A stretch of 64,000 nucleotides of DNA from Roseibacillus sp. (lineage in GTDB: Bacteria > Verrucomicrobiota > Verrucomicrobiia > Verrucomicrobiales > Akkermansiaceae), in the NCBI GenBank assembly GCA_051251855.1, contig JBPOGI010000007.1, positions 192,001 to 256,000 on the forward strand, given 5' to 3'. Positions 46,701 to 55,700 of this stretch are shown one piece after another (the stretch's first letter is position 1; each line of letters starts with the position of its first letter). The notes under the pieces were generated by a model. That model was not told where the DNA came from. It worked only from the letters and a program-made list of their open reading frames with translations, and did not search any database. Position numbers and translations under genes: made by a program.

Positions 46701-49700
46701 ACCTGCACCGTGTAGGAGATGCCCGAGTCAGGATCGAGGTTCGGGAAATTGTAGTTTCCATTCTCGTCCGTAACGGTGGTCCAAGTCTCGGTTCCATCGG
46801 TCAAAGTAACCGTCACTCCAGCCAAGCCAGGCTCATTCGCATCTTGGGTGCCGTCACCATCAAGATCAGCATAGATGGTGTCGCCAATGCTACCGACAGG
46901 TTCACCAACAGTCGCGGGAGGATAGCCGAAGTCTTGGTCGAGGTCGACCGGTGTTCCGCTGCTCACAGTCACCGAGCTGCTACTGTCTCCATCATTCTCT
47001 GGGTCTCCAGTTGGAGCCGCATCATAGCCATCTGGCAAGGTCGTGGTATCGACTTCTACGGTGTAATCTCCTAGAGGTAACTCTGGGAAGAGGTAGTTTC
47101 CGTTCGAATCCGTAACCGTGGTCGCAATCAGAATCGTGCCAGTCACATCGTAGAGATTGACCGTGATACCGGGAAGCCCCTGCTCGCCGGCGTTCTGGCT
47201 ACCATTGGAATCGTCGTCCGCCCAAATGGTATCGCCAATCGCGCCCAAGGTTCCATCAGCTGGGTAGCTAAAGTCTTGCGCTCGGTTATCCGGAGCGACA
47301 TCCGTGAGAAGCACCGGACTCGAGGAGTCGTTATTGCCATCACTATCGTGTGTCGCAGCGGTCTGATAACCAGCGGGAAGAGTCGCGGTATCGACTTCGA
47401 CTACGTAACCACCGAGTGGCAGCCCGTCAAAGAGGTAGTTCCCGTTCGAGTCGGTCACTGTAGTTGCGATGATGTCGTTAGCATCGACAGAACCGTCGCC
47501 ATTCACATCATCCGCGAGGCCATCACCATCGTCATCGGCATAAAGATTGACCACCACATCGGCGAGCCCAGGCTCGTTCCCTTGAGTGGACTGGTCGCCT
47601 CCGCTGCTATCGAGGTCTCCCCAAACGGTATCGCCAATGGAACCGAGGGCTTCACCTGAAGTGTAGCCAAAGTCCTGATCGTCTACGTCGGGAGTTCCCG
47701 CATCAATCGTAGTCGCGCTCAAGTTCGGAGTGCCTGCGACGCCATCGGCATCATAGGTTTGCTCAAGGCCACTTAAGACTCCATCAGTATCGTTCACCCA
47801 GACGATGTAGTCATCATAAGGCAAGTTATCGAAGATGTAGCTTCCATCGCTGGCAGTAGTGGTCGTGTTGATGATGGGCTCTCCCACATCCCAAACTCCG
47901 TCTCCATCGAGGTCATCGATCAAGCTCACCGTCACTCCGCCGATCCCTGGCTCACCCGCATCTTCTACCCCGTCTCCATTGAGGTCATTCCAAACGGTGT
48001 CGCCAATGCTTCCGAGAGGAGCAGTCACTTCCGGCTGATAGCCAAAGTCCCCATTGAGGAAGACATCTCCTGGAGCCAGCACGATAGGCTCGCTCTTACC
48101 ATCATTGGCAGAGAAAGCGGTATCCGTTTCTGCAAAGTGATCCGGATCTCCCGTCTGAAGGTAGTCGCTTCCCAGAATATCATGACTCGCAGTCGCGCTA
48201 TCGGTCACCTCAACGACATAGGCATCAGGAACCAAACCATCGAAGTAGTAGCGACCATTGCTATCGGTCGTCGTCGTGCCAACAAGGTTATCATAGACGC
48301 CATCACCATCATGATCATTGTAGAGGCTCACCTCAACACCCGCGACGGGCGCTTCGCCATCATCTTGAATGCCATCACCATCGGCATCGATCCAGATGAA
48401 GTCTCCCAGAGCCGCGACCTCCGCACCGGCAGTCGCCGTCGGGTCATTCACCTCACCCGCAGGATTGATGTTGTAACCAAAGTCCGCCGTAGAGTTGTCC
48501 ATCGGCTCAGTTCCACCCAGAAGCACTGGGTAGCCATAATCACCTGCACCGGGGTCATCGGAATCATCCTGATTGCCAAAGTCGCCACCCGAATTGGTGA
48601 AAGGGCTTTGGGTAAAGCCAGTGGGTAAGGTCGTCTCATCGACGTTCACATAATACTCCCCCGCAGGAAGGTCAGTGAAGAGGTATCCCCCATCGGCATC
48701 CGTGTAGGTAGTAGCCACCACGTTGCCGTCGCCGTCATAGAGGTCGACTTTCACATTCGCGAGACCCGGCTCACCATCATCCTGATAGCCGTTGCTGTCC
48801 TCATCATGCCAAATGTAGTTACCAATCGTTCCAACCGGAGGACCAATGAGTCCAAGGTCAAGGTCGGTATCGCTATCACCCGCTGCCAAAGTGACCGTCT
48901 GGGTACGACCCGTCATCACATCCGCATCACTGTCGGTGTTGGTATCGGCAACCGTATCATCGCCATCGGCGTTCTGCTCGGTAGGCCCGTATCCGTAAGG
49001 CAAGGTGCTGTAGTCAAATTCCACATAGTAGTCACCGGCCAAGAGGTCATCGAAGAGGTAGTTTCCTTGGGCATCGGTCGAAGTCACGCCAACCACCGTG
49101 TCGGTGGCCGCATCATAGACCCGCACAGTGACACCCGGAACTCCGGACTCGCCGGGATCCTGAAGGCCATTGCCGTTGCCATCAATCCAGACAAAGTCAC
49201 CTAGGGAGGCCAAGTCTTCACCAAAGTTGAAGTCCACTCCGCGCTCACCACCCGCAAGGGTGATTCCGGTAATGGTATCCGAACCTGCCGTCCCTTGGTC
49301 AGCAGTAGTGCTGCTGGGAGAAGCAGTGGTATCAACAAGGTCCCCTGCGTCCGTCGTGGTCGAGAACCATCCTTCAGGTTGCGTCTCGGTGACATCGTAA
49401 GTTCCAGGATTGATTCCCGCGAAGCTGTAGTTGCCATCGTCATCGGTGACGGTGGTCAGCTCAACAGCGTTCCCGAAGATATCGGTTCCAGTCAAAGTGA
49501 TGGTCACGCCAGGAATACCCGCCTCGGTGAGGTCGAGGTTTCCAAGATTGTCCGCACCGGCGTCGCCATCGGCACGGTCGTCATCGTGATAGACCGTTCC
49601 GCTCAAGCTCGCGAGTTGCTCTAGAATCACATCAACCTCTGCTGGGTCGCTGTTGTCGCCTAAGTCGGTCTCCGCACTAGTCGTTGCAATGTTCGCAATA

Positions 49701-52700
49701 TTGACCTGAGTCTTCTGCCAATTGGAAGTCATGTAGGCCTGGTCAACCGTGAAGGTCACGGTGACGGAACCAGTAGCTCCCGGCGTTAAGATTCCTGCGT
49801 TGTAACTAAAGTCATTGGCTGAGCCAAGTGTGCCCGGCGTTGCCGACTGAATCACCAGACCATCGGGCAAGGTATCCGAGATGACCACGTCCGCGGCATC
49901 GCCGTTACCATTGTTGCCATAAGTGATGGTGAAGGACCCACCTCCGTATAAGTCGACCACGGCGGTATCAGCCACCTTCTCAATCCAGACGTTAGCCAAG
50001 CCATTGGCATCGGTAATAACGGTCAGCGCGCTGTCATCGTTATTATCGTAATCGCTCTCCTGTCGATCGTTCGCAATCGTAACCACGTTGTTGAGGCTGT
50101 CGCCGGCCACGCCACCAGTTTCGGTGACCTGCACAGTAAAGCTTCCACTCGCTCCGGTCGCTTGGTCGCCGAGATTCCAAATCAAGGCCGTCAAACCACT
50201 GCCCTCGTAATCCGCATCTACAGTTGGTGAGCCACTCGAGCTCACGTAAGTCGTATTAGCGGGTAGAATATCGGTCACCACTGCGTTTAGCGCTCCCTGT
50301 GGTCCGAGGACCTCCCAAGCAATATCATAGTTGATGGTCTCGCTTGCTCCCTCTTTAACCGCTCCGGTGTCTACCAGCTTGCTCACAGCCAAGTCTGTTA
50401 GGCGCAGGTTGATGGAATCTTCCGCCGTATTATTGGCGGTGTTGTCATCGATCTCTGGGGTGCTCGTCGCAATTGAAATGGTGTTATCAATAGTGCTCTG
50501 ACCAACGGGCGCAGGATCGTCCACCATCACCTGGAAGGTGAAGCTAGGCACTTCTTCCACCACATAAGTCGCACGCCAAGAATTGAAGCAAGCCATCGCT
50601 GACTCATCGGTGCTGGTCATGGTCACCCGCAAAATCATTTCCGAATTTGCAATATCGATAGATGAGATATCAGCAAAACCGTCTTCGAGTTCGGCCGGAC
50701 CAAAGAGAGTCGTGGTGTCGGCTGCGTTTCTCAACTCAAACGTCGTCGTTACCGCATCGTCTGCTTCGACGCTGACAAGAAGTCGGTCCCATTTCGTCAA
50801 CGTTCCTGCGGCAACGACCGGATAGTCTTCAGTGACAATCGTCTCGTATGCTTCGAAACCTGAACGCAATTTCGCAACAATGACTCCTGGGCGAGTGGCA
50901 TCACTTCCTTGGCTCACTATTCCGAAAGTGGCAGTCGCGCCCCCCATACCATCGTAGACATAAGTTGGATTTGTGATTCCAGGTGAATAGTTCACCCCTG
51001 CGTTGAGCTGACTTCCGTAGAAGAGCTCCAGAATGCCGTCTCCATCGATGTCGTAGCTATTCATTCGCTGCCCACCATTTTGACCTTGGCGGAAGATGTA
51101 TCCATTTCCTTCGATGGGACTCAGCTTACAATACTCCCTCAGAGTGCCATCGGCATTGGGGTAGAAAATGTAGGTGGCTCCACGGTTGCTGGCATTTCCT
51201 GATGTGTTGACTGAAGAGGTAATATCATCATCGTTCGCCGCCGAGACCGCAAACTCACTCAGTCCATCGCCATCCAAATCGCCGACAGCCGCAACTCCGT
51301 ATCCGAAGTTATCATTGGCATCCAAAGCCAGAGCGGGAGTGGTTAGATTCGAAATCTTACTCACCTTTTTAAGTTCACCCGTAGTCTCGAGAAGAACGAT
51401 ATATGCCGCCCCTGTCGCAGTATATCCATCATCGTCACTCGAAGCTCCAACCACCAGGTCCTCCGCTCCGTTGCCATCCAAATCTCCAACAAAACTCAAA
51501 TCGAATCCGAACAAGTCGCCGGAATCCAAATAACCACTCAGTTCCGCACTACGAGCCGTCTGCATCTTGATAAAACTCGTAACATCTCCTGTCATGTGGC
51601 CATTGATGTCTCTTTCCAGCCAGAAGAAGTAGTATCCTCCCCGCGAAGAATCCAGGCTCACATCTCCTGCAACCAAGACGGAATCACCGCTACCGGCAAA
51701 GTCCTCAATGTAAGTGAGTCCTCGTCCAATTCCCACGGAACCCTGATCGTCAGCTCCGGTCACACCACTGGCGGTAACGAAGCCACCAGTTCCAGAAACT
51801 ATCTTCTTCAAGTCCTTCAACGATCCATCCGTATCTAGGAACAAGAGATAGACCGCGCCACGGCCCACGTTTCCAACATTCGTTCCATAGGCTCCAACCG
51901 CGAGATCAGGGATTCCATCGCCGTTCACATCGCCGATTGGCTCCAAGGAATATCCAAAATAGTCAAAGGCTGAGAGACCGGCCAAAAGACCACTCGCGGC
52001 AGCCGTTCCCTCCGCAATTTCAACGCTAGATTTCACGGAGCCATCAGCATTCATGAAGTTGATCAGAACGGCTCCTTGATTCACATTGACCAAGTCCATC
52101 TCATTGGATTCATCCAAATCACGGAACGGAGAACCGACTGCGTAATCAATCACGCCATCATTGTCGATATCACCCACGGCATGATAGGTGACTTGATGGG
52201 AGCGTGTGTGCGCTCGATCATCGGTAACATTGGGGATATCATTATCAACGTTTGTGTCAAAGGCGACGTGTTGATCGTAACCAGCATCGAGTGCGCTCAC
52301 TTCAGACAAAAATGACTCAACCTCCACTTTAGGCAGTGGTTCGAGACAAAGAACAGCGCCAGGGCTTCCTGCCGGCTCTTTTCTAACAAAGACCCGATGG
52401 ATGGTGTCCGCAGAATCATCACCCAATACATTGTCCAGTTCCCAGTCATCACCATTGGCACGAATGGCCCAGTTGGCTACACCATCCTGATAGAAAGGAA
52501 GTTCGGTGAGCGCATAGTCCCCCTCATCATCATTCTCCTCTGTCGCAAGGGCCGGAATATTCGCGGTATGGCCAGGCACACCAACCCAGTTTCCATCGTA
52601 ATGAAAGTGATTGAAGTCGCCTGTGCCAGTCTTCACATAATCATTGCCCCTCATGAAGTCATCGGTCGTCCGAATGTTTACCACTCGCTCATGATCGGAA

Positions 52701-55700
52701 GTCCGTCCTTGGAACAGCATCGTGTCAAAACCAAGGGCGGCAGCCAACCCATTGCCAGCATGACCCCAGTTCTCTGACGCGCTCTCGTCATCACCCAAGG
52801 CGTTGGAAGCAAAGAGCGGCAAGTCGTTCGTGCGCACTGCGAGTTCGGGATTGGTTCCTCCCGCATGCACGTAGTTGAGAATCATCAACCATCCACCACC
52901 ATCGGTATCACCATCGACGTATCCCTGGAAGGACTTACCATCAATATTGAACCAATAGACTCCGGTAGCCACCCCTCCGAGACCAGCAATGTCAGTGAAG
53001 GGATCATACTCAGTGCCCGTGCCAAATCCATTGCTACCAGCAAAGGTCGCGGGAGCGGGAAGATTGTCGAAGAGGATTTCGAACCCAGTGGGGTCAGAAG
53101 GATTGGGGCTCCAAATAGCAGTAGCACCATCAGGAACCATAAGAGAACCCGGAACGTAGCTGGTGCCCGCTGGAATGACTTCTGAAATCACCACATCGTC
53201 AGCGGCCGCTTTACCGGTGTTATTATACTCAATGGAGTAAGTGAGAACTTCTCCCGCTTCGGTCCAAGTCTCGTCTTGATCGGACTCATTGACCACGCTC
53301 TTGCCAATACTGATCTCAGGGCGATAGATGCGGGTGGAGACTTCGTCGGCATTGTTCGCAAGGAAATCTTCGGCGGGGTCGGCATCGGTTTGGTTATCGA
53401 CAACCAATGTCGTATTGTTCGTCACGGTATCACCATCAGCAGCAGCGTCAGAGACATAGCCCTGGAGGGTGAAGGTGACAATCGCTCCTACCGGCACTCC
53501 GATATTGCGATAGTAATCAGTATCAACGGCGTTAGCAGTGGTGCCGAGATACCAGGTCACGGTATCTCCTCCAGCGGGAGAGAGATTGTCCAAGGTCGCA
53601 CTAATCGGGAAAGTCACGGGAGATCCGGTTCCATCTTCCAGAGTCACACTCGCGCCATCATCATCGGTCGCCTCAACTGTTGCGAAACCATTGAAGGCAG
53701 TCGGATGCGGAACAAAATTGGCCGGCAGAACATCTTCCACCTTCACCCCGTAGGCAGTCTGAGTTCCAGTATTGGTCAGCTCAATGGTGTAGGTAATCGG
53801 GTCGCCAGGACGCAAACCGGGAACACTCCCCTCGGCACTAGCTGACTTCGCAATCGCCATATCCACTCCGGGAATTTGGGTCATCGCGGTGGCTGCATTG
53901 TTGTTTGGTCCATCGGTTGGATCCTCAGGGTCGTCACTCTCTTGAGCACTGGTGGAAATCGTAGCGGTATTGGTGTAAGCCGTTCCAGGAGCGGTGCCCC
54001 CCGGAATCGAAGTGCTCACCAGAATATCAGAATCACCGGCATTGGCAGGAACAGTTCCCACCTCAAAGGCAATGAAAGTGACAGTCGCTGTCGGGGTAGA
54101 ACTCCAACCGAGGCCAGAAGTCCCGGGCGTGAAGACCGGCGCGGCGGGGGCATCGGAATAGTAGGCTACCACTCCAGAAGGAAGAAGCACGCTATTGAAA
54201 GTCAGACCCGACGGAATGGCATCAATGATGTAAACATCAGGAGCTTCGTTATTCGTTCCATTGCTGTAAGAGATCGTCCAAACGACAGTCTCTCCAGCTT
54301 GGGCAACGCTCACTGCAGACTTGGTGATTTTAGGATCGGGGAATGGAAGCACCACTTCTTGCTCATCGGTGTTTCCATACTCGTTATCCTCCACATCAGA
54401 GGTTGTCACCTCTGCCACGTTCGTCAGAGTATCGCCTGCGGCACCTGAGACATCGACCTGATAACTGATGAAAACATCGGCAGACTGCCCAGGGAGAACT
54501 CCCATGGCACCGCCATCTTGGGTCAAAGAGGTCCAATTGAGAACACTATCACCCCCAGTAGGGTCATCTAAAATAGCATAGCCCGGTGTGAGCATCTGGG
54601 TGCTCCCTTCCACGAAGGTCATTCCCGCAGGCAAAGTGTCGGTGATGACCACGTCGTTGGCCTCATTCAGACCACGGTTAGCCACCAACAGAGTAAAGGT
54701 GATGCGATCTCCATTCTTGGGCTCGGTCGTGCTGGCAATTTTACTGAGGGTCAGGTCCGGGTTGGCCACGGTAACCGGATCACTATCGCTCACAACGACA
54801 GCAGAGCGTGCGTTCGAAGCAAATCCCTGCACGGTATTGAGAACCTCAGTGCCTGAAGCGGTGGTGGAAAGCGGAACCACAACGAAGCTAACACGCCCTC
54901 CCTCACCGGTGAGCAAATCGCTCTTCAGCCCAGGAGAACCAGCAATAAGAACTTCAACGATCGATGAGCCATCTGCGTTCGTAGTGATGGTAACATTAGG
55001 ATCAGCCTTGATATCAAGCTCACCGGCGGTCTGACCATTCGCAATCGCAACGTCATTCCACTCATGCCGAACTCGGCGAAGAGTAACATCCTTAGGAAGA
55101 TAGTCGGTAATGGTGACAATATCATCGGTGAAGCCCGAGTTGTTAATATAGTCCACATTCCAAATGAAGCGCTCACCCGCAGTAACGAGTTCCTTGTTGC
55201 TAGACTTGGAAATTTGAAGACCAGGGAAAGATTCAACCGTGGTGCGCACCTCATTGCCGACAGCCTGCAAGTTGGTGTCGGAGAAGATGACGAGCTCGTT
55301 GAAAATCACGGTGCCCTCAGGAGAGCCATCGGTTCCCACCGTTGTGCCGTTGTCATCATTGACCACGGTGAAAGTCACGGTCTTGTAGGCAGCCGAGACA
55401 TCAAGCTGAGGAGGCGAAAGAGTCGGGTCGTCTACCTTATAGGCAATCCAAGTTGTTTGGTCGCCGAAGGGACTTGTCCAAGTATCGTCAGATGGATCAC
55501 TTGGCGTGCCATTGTCATCCTGAACACCAGGAGTGAAGTTTGCACTAATCACGCTGAAATCGACCGGATTGAGAACACTGATTTGGTTAGCCGGCATCGA
55601 AGGTGGCAACTTATCAGTGAACCAGATTTCCTCGCCATTAGGCGCAGTCGCTTCTGAGAAAGTCGTGCGGAAGGGAATGCGATCCACCACCCAAGAATTG

